Below, in pieces: positions 12,436 through 27,400 of a stretch of 64,000 nt of DNA (the stretch's first letter is position 1; every line of letters starts with the position of its first letter). Source of the DNA: Phoronis australis (lineage: Eukaryota > Animalia > Phoronida); NCBI GenBank assembly GCA_002633005.1, contig NMRA01000008.1, forward strand, positions 898,642-962,641. Direction: 5' to 3'. A model generated the notes under the pieces. That model was given only the letters and a program-made list of their open reading frames with translations. It was not told where the DNA came from and searched no databases. Both the position numbers and the translations under genes were made by a program.

Positions 12436-15400
12436 ATGGCCTGCAACAATAACAACAAAGACGACGTGGCCACAGCTGTGTCTCGTTGTGGCACTACAGT
12501 GTCGGGATACTTAGCTATTGAGGAAGTTGAAAATAGCAACAACTTCATCCTATGCTTCTTCGTGTTGGAGAAAGCCATCCAGAAACTGACCTACTATAAA
12601 GACAGACCGGGAACTGAACCGGACTCCACTCCAAACTTGTTAGGATTTCTAAATCTCCAGATGGTGTCTAACATATCGTATGCTAAGGAAATGAGACCTC
12701 AATTAAACCACTGTATTGGTAAGTTCATTTTTATAGATGGAATTTTGGATTGACCAGCAGAGATCTTCAGTGTGTCCCCTTCCCACAAATGAGTTTCATG
12801 ATCTCTACCCACAATGCTGTGTGTCATTTTTGAGAACACTTCCCCAAGAGATGGTACACCACTAAGGTGCTAATCTTTGCTGACACGGATAAAGCTTTAC
12901 TGGTACATAAATTTTAATGAATTTCTGTAATATCTTTTACCTATACCAATAACGTTAATCAAACTTCAACAAAACGTTTCAGTTATTAGACTTGAAAACC
13001 ATTCATTTATCAAGTGCACCACATTGACATGCTTTTCTCTTGGTCTCATCAAAAATGATTGTCTCTTCATGTATAGCACTGCTTCAATGTGTATTAGCAT
13101 CCTTGACAGGTGTCACAACTCTGACTACCAAAATATTCACCAGCCCACAATGCATGCATATATTTTTGGATCCAACGTTTGCTCCTGGAGACATCATTTT
13201 CTCAGTAGAAATCTCGGGTTTATGTATGGAATATTCCTGTAGCCAGGTTTGAACATTTGTAGAAATTTAGGAAACCTCAAAGATATTCGGAAGGTTGAAA
13301 TACGGAATTGAGTTTCTATTAAACAATATAGCTAACTCCAGTTGAGTCCGTATTTCAAGCAATATCAGTTTTCATAGGCTTAATATCAATCTTCCTTTTG
13401 TTAATCGCCAGGCTCAGTCTTTTGTGTGATGTCACTAATTATCTACCACGCTGAATTAATACACATCGTCTCGAAACCGTCGTCAGGAAGTAAAAACCCA
13501 TCACAGCATTTTGGCCAATTGTATTTCTTCTGGAAAAGAAGGATTCTACACTGACTTTTCATGAGGAATTCTATTTCGGAAGCCAAGCCCGATAAAAAAA
13601 TTGCCAATTTCTGTCCTTAACATTTCAGTTTATTTCAGTCAGTATTTTATTGTTGCAAAGACATTGCTGATATGATAATTTTGGTCTGTACAGCTCAACA
13701 GGAGCTTAGATAAAAAACTTTGATATCAAGAGCCAACGGCGACACCGGTTTTCCTGGTTGATATAGAGAAGTATTGTCAAACTACGAGATACCAATGAAT
13801 TGTCCGAGTTTTAATGATTTCATTTTTTCCATTCTCATTTGCAGTTTTACACAGTCCTGGGAAGAAGGTGTTTTTAAGTGCGGCCACGCAAGAGGTGTTG
13901 GATATATGGATGAAGGAGTTGAAAACTGCTTGTCAGATAAATGTGAGATTCATGATACACTCTGATAATAGCATGAAATGATCCGAAGAATTCTAGAAAT
14001 AAAACCATGAACATGAAGTTGCCGGTAATTTGCTATAGAAAATGAAACGGCCATTATTGGACCTTGTGTTTACGGTATATATGTGTATGAATTACCGGTA
14101 AGACCAATACGTAGTTGGGTATTTTGTAGGGCAAATTGAGTGGAATGTGCCAAATTTTAGAGCAGATTTTCAATCTATTCTTTCTTCTTTATGACTGTCA
14201 CCATAAATTAAGCTTGGTTCAAGATGCTCTGTGTCAAGTACACAGAAAGGTCATCCTGGGAGTTGCGCAAATATTGCCTGAAGGTTATGTTGGACCATTG
14301 TAAAAGAATTGTCCAAATTTGGCTAACTTCCGAACATCATTTCTCAGAAATGAATGATTGGATTTATATGAAATTTTTAGAACCTTTGCTTCATGCACTT
14401 TTCTGCAAGACGCTGCCAGGAATTGGTTTTAAGATTCTCTGCTATCAAGAAGGAAAAATAAAATAATGCAAAAACGAAAAGTAAATGATATATTAGTTAA
14501 CTGCAGCAGCGTTTTTGGGATTTCGTCTTGTGGTCTTGTTATTGATACAGTTGTTGTGCTTTGACTATTTGTTTTTGGCTGAACTTTTACCTTAGACCAT
14601 TGAAAACAATTCGACAATGATTTCTGGACAACTTGTTCCTACATTTTTCCTATTGTCTGAAATACTCCTGTGCTGATTGCCTCTGTACTACCTCCCCAAG
14701 TGTCATCGGCACCAGACAGACACTGCTACCCAGTTAGTCATATGATAGTAGACTGGCATATGGTAAACTATCTCCACTTTATTAAACACGATTTTGCAGA
14801 TAGGTGAAATTTTATTTTTTTTTGTTTTGATGCCCTCGCCCATGTGGTCGCATTATGCCATCATCCCCGTCCATCTGGCAATTCCATCTAGCTTCCGTCC
14901 AGCATCTGCTATTATATATATATATATCTCCAAAACTCCTGGAAATTTTGCAGATTTAATCTTATCATGGATGGGGCGGCATGAGCAAATTTTCGTGCTT
15001 CCTAATGGCAATTTTGTTTTTTTTATATGTGCCTCTATCTTTAGAGCTCCTTAACGTATTTTCATGAAATTTGGAAGAGAATGGTATGTGTTAAAGAGGT
15101 AATGCTGACTTCCAGTTTTTGGATTGATTCGACATGTGCTGCACCACGTACTAGCCATTTTTACTGTTTTGGGATCTTTTGACATCCACCAAACCACTCT
15201 AAGGATGATTAAAATTGGTAATTGTTATTCTACTGGAAAGAACATGGCTGCCGAAAAATTTTAGACAACTTAGACTACTGTGGTGCCTCCTGGTGGCAGT
15301 TTTTTCGTATCCGCAGCCGATTTTCCTAAACCCTTGCAGGATATTAGTGAAATTTGGCAAGTGTTTTTCTACGAACATGAGAACCAGATGACAACGTGAT

Positions 15401-18400
15401 TGTCTTTCCCACTTATCTGACTACCATTGTGCCTCCTTAAATTGTAATTTTATTTTTTGGTTTCTTTGTGTGTCGTTAGAGTTCCTTGGTACTTGGTAGA
15501 TTATTGTGGAGTTTGGCAAATCATTCTCTATTAAAGAGAAAGTAACAGCTTCCCATTTTTAGATGGATTTGACCTTTTGTAAGGTACTTAGTGGCAGTAG
15601 CTGTGCAACAGTTTTGATTTTCTACGTGTTTGTCTGGATGTCTACTAACTTCCTCTATGACTGATCATGAAATTTGCTAAATGGCTTACTGTTACATAGA
15701 AGACAGCACCTGCTCTGTTTCATGTGGATTTGGTGCCCCCACAGGCCTCCCTATCCTCCAAACTGCTTGAAGAATCATTATAAAAGGTGTCAGGTGTGTT
15801 CCTATTGAGGAGAGCATTGCTGATTTGCTTTAAAGCCTTAGAAGCGATTTTGAAGTTAACGAGCATTGTCCTCTTTATTGGAAATGTTCGGAATAATTAT
15901 CATTCCGTGTATCTGTGCTCTTATTTGATGGACACGGTGCGCGTACATCAACGCTCGCCAAAACTCTTGTTTTTAAATGATAGATTGCACCAAAATGACA
16001 CTTTGGCATATTCACATTCTGTTACATATAGCTTCCAACAGACAATATTTTGACAAACTGTGGGCATGCATTCACAATGTGAAGCCATAGAAAAATGAAA
16101 AAGTAATTTTGGCAATCATTTGTGTTGAATTTGGTGACATTTTACCATAGTATTCAAAAGCTTTACTTCTGTATTATGGTACCTAGGTGCCGAAAGACAA
16201 CGAAGCCAAAGACCTGCATGGAATGAGTGACAGTGAGCCAACTACAGCTAGCAAGCTACTTACCCGGACCCCAGGCCATGCATGGAACAAGTCTATATCC
16301 TCGGGACACAACCAGGTCAGAAAAACAATCCAGTAGTCAGATTCATGGATTCACTGATCATTCAGCTTTATTCATGGGGTCCCTCTTGGCAAGGGTTGCT
16401 TACTTGGGTAGTGAAAAATTTCTCTAGTTTGGAAGTTAAGGGGGCCTTTTCTTGATTCTGACAACTGAGACATGGGTGATTTTTGGTGATTTTGTCATAT
16501 TTTTCAAATATCGAACTTTGTGTTTTGTATCAGCAAAGAATGAAAACAGACTTGGCTGTTCATCAAAAAAGACGCCGACGCAATATTTTCATGCATTCCG
16601 ATAGTACGTAATATTAAATTGAATGTTTTCGTTTGTTGTTGATTGTAATTCTTGAATTTGAGACAGCCAGTGTGTCATATTTCTAAAAATTTGGTTCAAG
16701 CTCCGACTTTGAGCAAAATAACTAATTTCTCACTCTTGCAATCGGGTGAATTTTTCCACACTGCTCTGTCTGGTATAATTTTGGCTGGGTATTATCCCCT
16801 CACCTGAGGTATTATATTGGATGGGAAGTGTTATCTCTAAGGTAGTGTCACAGGTGGACATTTCGGCTTTTGGGTATTTTTGAAATTGTCTCGAATGAGT
16901 AAGTGAAAGAAGTATTGAGGGGTTGTTCGACGAAAGTGATACTGTCCTAATAGCATTTTGTGTCGAGCATCTCTGACCGCGTATTATCTGTAACCACAAC
17001 GCACACTCGCATGCGCGTACTTGCACACATATGCACACACGCTCACACCACTTATGCACCAGACTTCTGTGACCAACTTAAATGCCAGTGGAACCAACTT
17101 TGCTTCTCATTATTGGATTTTTTGTGGATTCTTCGTTGGAAACTCCCAAACTCCCGGTATGTTCTTCGATTCCCCAAGGACCAACAACAGAGTATATATT
17201 TGGAGGATCAACAAAATAAACCACAGGCTTGAGAGCATGTCCATTGAAACTATAAACAGACAACACTGTTCTGCACTAAAACCAATGAATTCTATTTACA
17301 TGAGACCCTGCTACCAGACTGATTATTATTTAAGGCTATCATCAATTTATAGAAACCACAGTCAAGGTGTGCTAAGATCTTAAGATAATTATTGAGCCAA
17401 AGTTTGGCGAGTGGTGAGGTTTGCACCCTGCATTTGTTTTAAAACCATTAGAATATTGAACAAATGGCTCTGAATGATGGATAATAATAAAGGTGAGACC
17501 TATAGCTCCTCGTTCTGTAGCTCATTTCTGGCCACAGTTTTTTTTACAGGGACCAGACATTGAATTTTATAGAGGTAAGGACAAAACTTAAGTGTTTTCA
17601 GACGATTGTATGTGTGCAAAGTGTGTTCCCTTACGCAACAATCTGTTCATCCCTCTGAAGACCTTGGATATCTGTTTTCAAGAAATGGAGAAATGTCAGA
17701 TTTTTGTTTGCAAAATTACCTAATTAATGTCTTAAGTACTTAGTAACAAATCACCTGGCTGAAGATGTTCTGAGAATTTCTTTCATGACAGATATCTCCC
17801 ATTTGCTTTCTACTCCAGATGACAGAATAACCAGTTTTCAAATCCAGGATAAGTCCAGATATTAAATAAATCAAGTCCGTTGTTAAAAGTACCACGTCCT
17901 TTTTTTCCATAATCACGACTCGTAGTCTAATTGTCTACCATGGTTCGAACTTCATAGAGTTACCAAGACCAACTTTCATCGTCAGTTATCATCTAAATGA
18001 AACCTACTAACGCATCTATTTTGGTTAATTTTTATCATATTCAATAAGAAAGTTATTCTTGCTTGTTCTTACCTAACTTTCATGATCAATTCAATTTCAG
18101 AAGCCAAATAGTTAATGAAAAATCACAAGTTTTCTTCCACAATGTCTTACTTATTATATAAGCCAGTGTTTTATTGCCATGAAGCCATTACTAATGGGGT
18201 AATTGCTCTTCTCCATATGAGCATTCATGATAAAGAGGCCCCTTGATGAGAGAGAGAGAGAGAGAGAGAGGGAGGGAGGGAGGGAGGGAGGGAGGAAATG
18301 AGGGAGGGAGAGAGGGAGAATAACAGTGAATCAACGGTAAAAGTGAAGCATAACTGGTTTACTATACTGGCAGGCTGGTGGATAAATTTTGAGCAGCAAA

Positions 18401-21400
18401 ACATAATTATGTATTTGATACTTAACATACAGTGTATTGGCATGGTATGGGTCCAGCTTAAAGAAACATACAAGAATTAGTGCAACTTGCTCAAGCTGTC
18501 AGAAATGACAATGCATAATTACTAGGTAATTATGTTTAACTTACAATGACAGTGTGAGAAATGTCCTGCACTGGATCTATGATCTGCGGGATGTCAGCTT
18601 CAGTGACTACGTGCACTATTCGCCTGTCGTTCATTTTCAGGAATATTTCACCATCAGTTGTCCAAGTTTTCTCGCAAGGGCTGTTTCTATCATTACACAT
18701 TTGGCGGCATTTGTAGAACAAGGCTGATCGTCGCTTAGTTAGACTTTCACTGATGAAGATCTTGTCACCGGCCAGAAGTTTGCGTTTTTTGATAAAGGTT
18801 AGACGATCGGTATAAGAAATGAATTTGCAGATAAGGTTTCTGGTTTTATTTACTGATGGTTTACCTAGTCTGTGGTCTCTACTTATGTCTTTGCATGTCC
18901 GGTTGATGTCTATCTACTTGCCAGTGTTAATAACTTTGCTAATAACGTCCTCGTTGTCGTCTTCTTTGATTCCACTTACAATGACACATTCTCTTCTGCT
19001 CTATTGTTCTTGTAAATCCAGGTTACGTTTGAGTTGATCCACTTCAGCTTTCAGTGATACAATCTCACTGTCTTTGCTACATTTGATATCCTCGTGTTTC
19101 GCCGTGATTGTTGTAACATGTGGTTCAATACAGGGCGTGTTGAATCTTGTCATTTGAGAACGCCCTTAGAAGCGCTTCAACAAGATTTTCGTCTTCTTCC
19201 CCATCTGTGTAACTTTGCAGGCGTGTTTTACTTCTCGTTGTTGAGGTCATAGTTAGATGAGTTAGTTGAGATATTGAGGAAAATGAAGTATATGCAGAAA
19301 ATTTGACGTGCAATTTGAATTAGCATTTCGCGCTCAAACACATCACGATGGCGATTCTTGTACAAATCTATCGTAGTTCAGGTGATATCAAATGAAGAAA
19401 GTTTCTATTGGTTCTTTCTGCTAAGGTCTTGACAAGCAGAGCAGCACCACCTTCAGAAAGAATTGTATTTATTAAAAGAAGTCTTGCAGCAATCATCAAA
19501 TCACGTTGTGGTCAGAATCAGTATCAGCAAGAAATTTGATAGTTGACATTTACGATTTTTGGTGATTAAAAACAAAAAATATTAGAATTCCTGTATCTGT
19601 TGCTGAGTTCAGTTTAAGCTCTAGTTTTGTGAAAGACTAGGTTAACTCTGTGTGTTTTCCAATATCACTGCAGAAACCGAGGTGTCTTCAGCCCTCACTT
19701 TTCCACCTAGTCTCACTGTTGCCCAGCTAAATCGACATTTTTTGTAGAGTGAGTGTCACACACCTCCGCTCTGTGAGTTACGGCCTCTGTTTTTTGTTTG
19801 TTTTTGCACTGAATTAAGGTAATTGCAGTCTTTGGTTTTGGTGTTTGTGAATTGGAGTTTTAGATGTCAGTCTTGGGTATATACAAGTCTAGTCACTCAA
19901 TGAAATGATCTGTGTCCTGTGATAAAATGTTTTTGTTACTAGTGACTATTGATCAGGAGATGATGTTTTTTACTTTCTGCTTATTTTTAGAAATTGAAGT
20001 CTTGACATGAAGTTCCCCAACCATCTACGAATGCCTTTAAGTTGGTTTTCAGTTCCCAGCAAGTGTGAAAGAAAACAAAATTAATGTTTTTTGTTATATG
20101 ATTACGTACACAAAGTAATTCATGGATGGAGCCTATGTTTGGTTTTTCTGTCATGTACATTTAAAGTCAGTGAATATTTTAACCTTTGAATACACACCTA
20201 TGATGGAAGGAACAGTAATTTTTGATGCAGATTTACATTCTCTGTGTGGCATATGTTTTACGGTGATTTGAAATCAAACGTGACCTCAGAATTCGGATGA
20301 CGTAAAAAGAGTTCAGTAACATGCTGGTGGTGCAGTGGTGAAGTAGTGGCTTCAAAAGATTGTGGAATCAAATCACAACAAAATCTCCATTTTTGAAAAG
20401 GAATTGAAATGATGTTACTACAACAGTGCAATATAAGTCAGCAGTCAATATGAAAAATTATGGATTTCAAAAAATTGACTAATAACGAGTTAAATGATTT
20501 GATAATTTGTCTACGTCACATAATAATAATTCTCAATACAGAGCCTCTGCTACCTATAGTGGGTGCAGTGAGCCATGAATAGGCTAGTGGTAAAATTGAG
20601 GCAATTTATCGATAACCAGTCATAATTAAGAGTTGATTGACAACAGGACTATTATGTAATCATTAGAGGTATCTGCTCACGTTATCAGGTCTTGCCTCTG
20701 CCTGTTAATTTGATAACATAAACCAACAATCACCACCTTGATGATCCAAAGATGTTACGTTTTCTCTGTTCAGACCAAGTAAACCTGGTCATGTAACTCT
20801 GATTACTGTTGTGTACTCATTACTGTTCACACAGTCATCACTGCTATCACTTCCCAATTCACCCCAGTCAGTGCCTCGGTGCACCATTGTTTCCAAAGAG
20901 ATTTGACATAAGTGCCACCAGAGTTTCCAAAGAGATTTGACATTAGTGTCACCAGAGTTACAGCTGTTAAAATCTCTGCTAAGCCACACTCTCCCAGGGT
21001 TATAACCGTACTGCTCTAACATTACTTTTAAAACCAGTTTAAAAGTATTCAAACCAAAAGTTATAACCTTAAACTGGTTTTAAAAGTTAATCATTTTGGT
21101 GTGAACATTTCACTTGTCTGTTCCATTATTCCACTAAGACGACAATATCCACATACATGTGCATTGAAATTTTTGTAACTTTTGACCTTCTGTGGTTTCA
21201 TAGGCTGACCCTGACAGCAGTGGTGAAGAACTTGAAGACTATGTTCATAAAGAGGCCAAGGTCATCAAAAAAGGTTACTGTGTAAAACTGGGAGCCGTGG
21301 TAAGTGAATTCATCTATGTTAGCAGGTTTGATGTGCCATCTGGTGTCCAGTGTATTAATTCACAACAGTATTGCTGGAATATGTTATATTTGACCCTCTT

Positions 21401-24400
21401 CAGCTGCTCAGTTGGTTATCCTGCAAGTAGTCTATTTGCACATGTCTTCTGCCAAGCACTATTTGTTGTGAAACCTACAGCAGCTGCAGTGATATTTCCA
21501 TGAATTTGGAAGAATTACAGTAAAGGTGTTAAACCCATACACAGTGCAATCTCTCTCTCTCTCTCTCTAGGGGGCGTATGTGTAGTACACCGGTTTGTGA
21601 AAATTCAAAGCAGGAGAGGTAAAGCAGATCATGACCAACGTTTCTATTTTCGAAAAAAGTTAAGAAATACATAACATTGGGTGTGCCCAAAATGATGGTA
21701 ACATCTCTGCTCTTTTGTTTCAGGTAAAAAATTGGAAGCGACGTTGGTTTACTCTGGACGAGTATGGAATTACTTATTACAAAAACGAACTAGCCTGGGT
21801 ACTTACAGACTTGATTGTGATTTATTGGCTTAACGAATTAAAGCTACCATGATGCAGCCCTCCTTCAAAAATTTACCTTTTGGTTTAGTCTTTCCGTGAT
21901 CATCATCATGCTCTCAGCATGTTCCTTACCAGATTAGAAGCGTAAGCTTATCGAGCCAGCTTTTCTAGCCTGATCTCAAGCACTAATTAGGTGCCAGTTT
22001 TTCTCATGCTCAGAACTAACTCACTTCTTATCTGAGCAAGGATCAAATCAAGTTGGGATTGATATTATGGTAATTGGGATAATGCAGGTTTTTCAAATAG
22101 CTTTAAAATTTTTGAAACAAATCACGTCTAATCACGTACATTGTAAAATGGTCTTTCCACAAAGTTAAATTGTTCTGCTGTGCCACCTGCTGCGATGGCA
22201 AAGTAACTTCTGGTACAGGTGGCGATACGAGTTGCTGGTCCCCGTGTTCAACCATTGATTCCTGAAAGTTTCCCATTCAAATGTTAGTTATCGATGGGAG
22301 ACAGGTTTTACCTTCTGCTAAGGGAAAACAAAAGGTTGCGTTTAATAATCTGAGACTCCTTCTACCCATGTTGTTTTTAAAAGTTGTATTTACCTTGAAA
22401 AACAATCAATTGACGTGGATTTCGTCTGCACTAGACCGCGCTGGGCACAGGTGACTAGTAGTCAGGCTGTGTATGGATTTCCCAATTGTTTGACTGAATA
22501 GTTGTACTTGACATACAGTATATGCCAAGGGTGAATTTTAGTGTGCATGTAAATTAGTGTTACACAAGTATCAGTATCTCTAGATTTTTCAAGGAGGTCC
22601 TTCTCATACCGTGTACATTGATTTTGTGTGTGAATGTTTTTTGTTCTTTTGTAATTGTCCATTTATAATAATAACCTAAAAAGTAATCGTACAAAATACC
22701 ATCATCACCTGTCATGAAGAGTCATTCTAACTGCTGTGATGGTGTGTTCACTTTCACTTATCCATCATGACGGAGTTCCCCTTGTGCTCTGCCATCGTGA
22801 TGGGGAGTTTGGGATTTTTTGTCTGATTAGTTTTGTGTGGTAATTTTTTACTTACTTTGCACAAAATAAATTGAATAAAATTATACTTTTTTGATTGTCG
22901 GGGTGTGCCAAATAAAATGAATGTGTAGACTTCGTAGTTAGCAGGTGTGTGAAATGAACTGAGGAACCAATCAACTACATGGTGCAACTTAAATGAAATG
23001 TGCCCTCTCGGATGCCAACTTGATCCAGTTAACAGTAATTAGGTTACTTTCATATCTTGTTCCAATATGAAACTAGTTTATCCCATCTTTGGTGAAACAT
23101 TCTTTTGAGCATATGACTCATGAGTCACAGGACGCTCTTCTTGGTCACCCCTTTCATCTTATGCTTACAACAGTATGAGGTATCCCGTATAAATGGATGA
23201 ATTAAGTGTTTAGACCCTATAAACCAAATTGAAGAGGCTGTGTGTGTCTTGCTAGGATTTATGACGGCTTTGCTTTGATATTTTCAAAGTGCAAATTTTA
23301 AACTAATCATATGTGAATTGGGTGAATCAAAAATTCCCACCATGTAGCCTCGCTCGAAATCGGTGAGTAACAATTTCTAAATAATTTTGGGTGTACCATA
23401 CAAAATGGGACGAGCGTGTTACATTAGTTGAGAATTACTGTAGTTTGTTGAGTTTGTTGGTGTAGCATGTAGCGCCATCTATTTGTTGTGTTGTAAAGCA
23501 CTGTAAGAGTGATCTTAGAAAATAGTGTAAGTAGTTCATGGACAAACCACATTCGATGTGTTTTTTTATTTTAAATCAAATATCGTACAGATGGTACATT
23601 TAAGTCTGTATCAGTCTGGAAACAGTGTGAAGTCAGTGCAATAATTCGAAATTGCCATTTTTGGGACACAAGTTGGCAGGATGGTTTGAAATGCAGGTTC
23701 GTGTTTGATCATCATCGACAGTGGGTACGTACTACTAGACAACCAGCGCGTCAATAAAGTCAAATAGAAGCAAACTGTTATCGGGCATTTATAACAGTCT
23801 TTCAATTAAACAGTTTTGATTGCTCAAGGGATTTCTTGGTCTTTATATAGTCCATCATGAACTGAGTGGAAATTTTCAATGGCGTGCTGCACATGTGTCG
23901 CAAAAAATCTGTGGCACCCATTTCTAAGTTACCAAGTTATGAGTGATTGTAAAATGTTTGGTCACCTTCTATGTATTTTGTTTTCAAGGAAGTACTTGAC
24001 CTATTATCTTAGTTTGGATGTTTTTGCTATTTGTAGAATGATAGGAAAATGCCTCTAGGGAAGATAGACATTCAGGATGTCCAAGAAGTGAAAGAGTCTA
24101 GTGGGTATGTAATTGTCCGAGGTTATCTTATCACCGTACGATGGTGTCTATTGATAGGTTGTTCAAACGCCCAGGACGTTCATTGGGCGTGTTCATGTTA
24201 GTGGCCTTTATATCATTCAACATTGGTTTCTGTTGTGTTCAGGTGAGCACTCAAGTGTGGTATCCTGACCTTTGACCTCACAAGAATTGTCATCAAACAT
24301 GCTGGGGAGTTCTTTTAACTTGCAGTAACCATGCAACATCTGATCAGATGGCATATCTAATTCTGTCTGAATGGATGTCCGATAAATTTTGTTTGCATGA

Positions 24401-27400
24401 GCACTTATGTCGCGATCTTCTGTCAGATCTTGCTCTAATTGTGAGTTTAGACTCAGTTGCAGTGCTACATCTGTGCAGGCACAAATACAATGATTGCCCC
24501 ACTATGTTTGGTCTTCTGCCTTGTTACATTCAGAACAACATGGCTGTGGCACGATTTGTGCCTTCTAAACTCTGATCACTGACTGAAACAAGCTTACTTA
24601 CAAAACACAGAGCCTTATTCCCAAAACTCGATTTATGCACCCAAAAATAGAGTTCCCAACTCACAAACAAGGCTTACTGAGCACCTGAAATAATAGTACA
24701 TGGTCATGGAGTTCTTGCACCGTGTTCTTAGTACAAGGCAGCATAAATTCTTTTGGTTGCACAAGTGGTCTTTTGTGACACTGGCACCATGTTTGGCAGT
24801 TGTTGAGACTGATTTTGTTGGGTTCGTGAGTGGTATCTACTAGATGATATATGTTTATGGGTGTGCTAGTTGTGTTGTTCAGGTAGCCTAAATAAGCACT
24901 GTGATATAGTCATTTGTTTTATGTTGTGACCAAAGGAGGCAATTGAACTTGCAAAGACAAAGTGTGGCATTTTTCAAATATCCCCATTTTCGCACCTGCG
25001 ACTAAAAGTTGGTTGAGTGTTTCCGGGTTCAAATCAATCCTCCTCAGTCTATAGTTGATGCCTTCCACATGTCCAGCATATGTAGTCCAGAAATCTTATT
25101 AGTTATACACGTAATTTTATACACCTCTTGTGGGCAATAATACTCTGAATGTTATACATTGATATAAGAATTGCTTGTAACTTGATTCTTTCCTTCAACA
25201 AAATCGTGTCATGATTTTAAATCAAGCTATGTAGATAGTCCACAAGAATGCCAAAGTTACCTGTTTGCCTCATGCTGTCTCACTGCAGAAACATAACTCA
25301 AATGAAAGACTGTTTGCAGAGAACTTGAACTAACTGGCCATCAGTAGTAGAATTGGACAAAACACCATTGTGAGAAACTGTTGCTCATATCTGTTGGGGT
25401 TGACCAAAGTTTCTCACTGCGATGTCATGTACTTTGAAACAAGGATACAGTAATTAAACGCAATCAGTTGTCAAATTTGGGAGTTCATGGCATCAGTGTG
25501 CCCAGAGTGGTGTTCTTAACATATGGTACAAGCCAAAACTATTCAAACAAATGGGCACGGAATTTTTTTGTCATGACAGTTGGGCAGAAGTGGAATTCAC
25601 CGTCAGAGTTGTCTCCCCTTACAACTGAGAATAGAGGGGAAGTAAGGGGAAAGTTAGTACGTTGGCTCAGTGCTCATTTAGCTCGTTGGTTGGCTAAACC
25701 ATCCTGTAATTAGTACTTTGTTACAATAGCTAACAGTTATTATCAATAATTTTTGCTGTTAACAGAATTAGCTCTCCTGATGGGAAAATGCTGTTTTTGT
25801 TTGATTACTAATTGTTTTGTACTGTTTTGTTTTGTGAGCCAATGTTTTCTTTTAAAGATAAATATTAAGCATGTCTACTTAACAACAATTTTAATGGCAT
25901 TAATTTTTTCTTCATGTTACAGAGTTCATCCCAACCGCGATAATTTATTTGAGATAAAAACCAACAACCGTGTGTTTTATATACAGGTGAGTTTGGGTTT
26001 GGAAAAGGTTCAATAAATACTGCCAGGGTATTGGAACAGCCAGTGACAACTGAGCTCAGAGTCAAAGTGTAAGTGTGGAGATGGCATTGTTCAGGGTTGA
26101 GTTCAATATCGCTAGGACCTCGCTAGAAAAGCAAGGCTTCGTGATATTACACCGAGATATTGTGATGTATAATAAAAGAGAACACGTGATATTGACTAGA
26201 TTTTTCTAGCCATGAGACAGCTACTGAACTCTGCTTTGATCCCTGGCCTTATGTTAACTGAGTTGAGCCAGTGTATTTGGTGTAGTTATGAGAGTAAGTA
26301 GATTTTCATCATTGATGACTGGACATTGTTTAGCAACCGATCATCGATTATAACCAAGAATCAGATTTGTAAGGTAACAGCCTATCTTTGTTATCAAGGA
26401 ATAATTTTTCGACATCTGAAAATATTATCCTGTGTTATATTTGGCATAGGTAGATTTATTTTTGCCACCTTTTTGTTTCACAAAATTAGTAATAAAATTG
26501 ACTGTTTTAACAGTCAGTTTACTAAGTTAAAACTACTATTGGTGGCAAGCTGTCCAAATAGCCTTCGTATTTCAGAATACCAAAGCACCCCTGTGAGTGT
26601 GTTCTTCTGTTGTCCACTGCTGGGCTGTTATTTTTTATTTTACCCAAAAACTATTTGTTATTCTAATGCTATGGTAAAATCTCACCAATTTAGTACACGT
26701 TATGAGCGACAAGTGAAATTTTCTTTTTCTTTTTTGAAAAAAGGTACATAACACATAATAAATACTTTTTCATTTTTATTCATCTATACCGTAACTACCA
26801 CCCAACAATGATTCTAAGAATTTGTGGACATTCACAACAGTGTTAGAAGTCATTGAAAAATGAAAAAAGATCAATTTTGGCAATTATTTTTGTAAGAAAT
26901 TAGTGTGATTTTACCGGTAGTAAATTCATGCTGTTGCACATTGGGTTGCATTGCTGACAGCAAAAGTAAGAATTGAGTTGCTGGATGGGGTACAGTATAA
27001 AGCTCTTTTCTTGTTTACCTCTCCTTTGAAATCTTTAGTGGTTTTAACCTTTTGCATTAATGTTTTACTTTTTTAAGAGAGGGGATTTGAACTTGGTGTA
27101 TGCCTACCACAGCAGCTGAGGATGTTTAGGTGAAACATTAATTTGATTATTCTTTCAATTTCAGACAGACACTCCACCGGACATGAAGTCGTGGCTGTCC
27201 ACTATTGAAAGTGTAGTGGTGAGTATAACAGAAGCTGGAAATTGCATTTATCATGATTGATAAAGTGCCTGTGAATGCCAATTGCCTGGTTTTGACCTGA
27301 AACTGTATTACCTTTTTTAACTCTCTTTTAAAAGTCCTATGCGGCGCCACTTCAGGGACTGTTGAGAGATGGTACAACTATTCTGTGATCATGGTATTCC

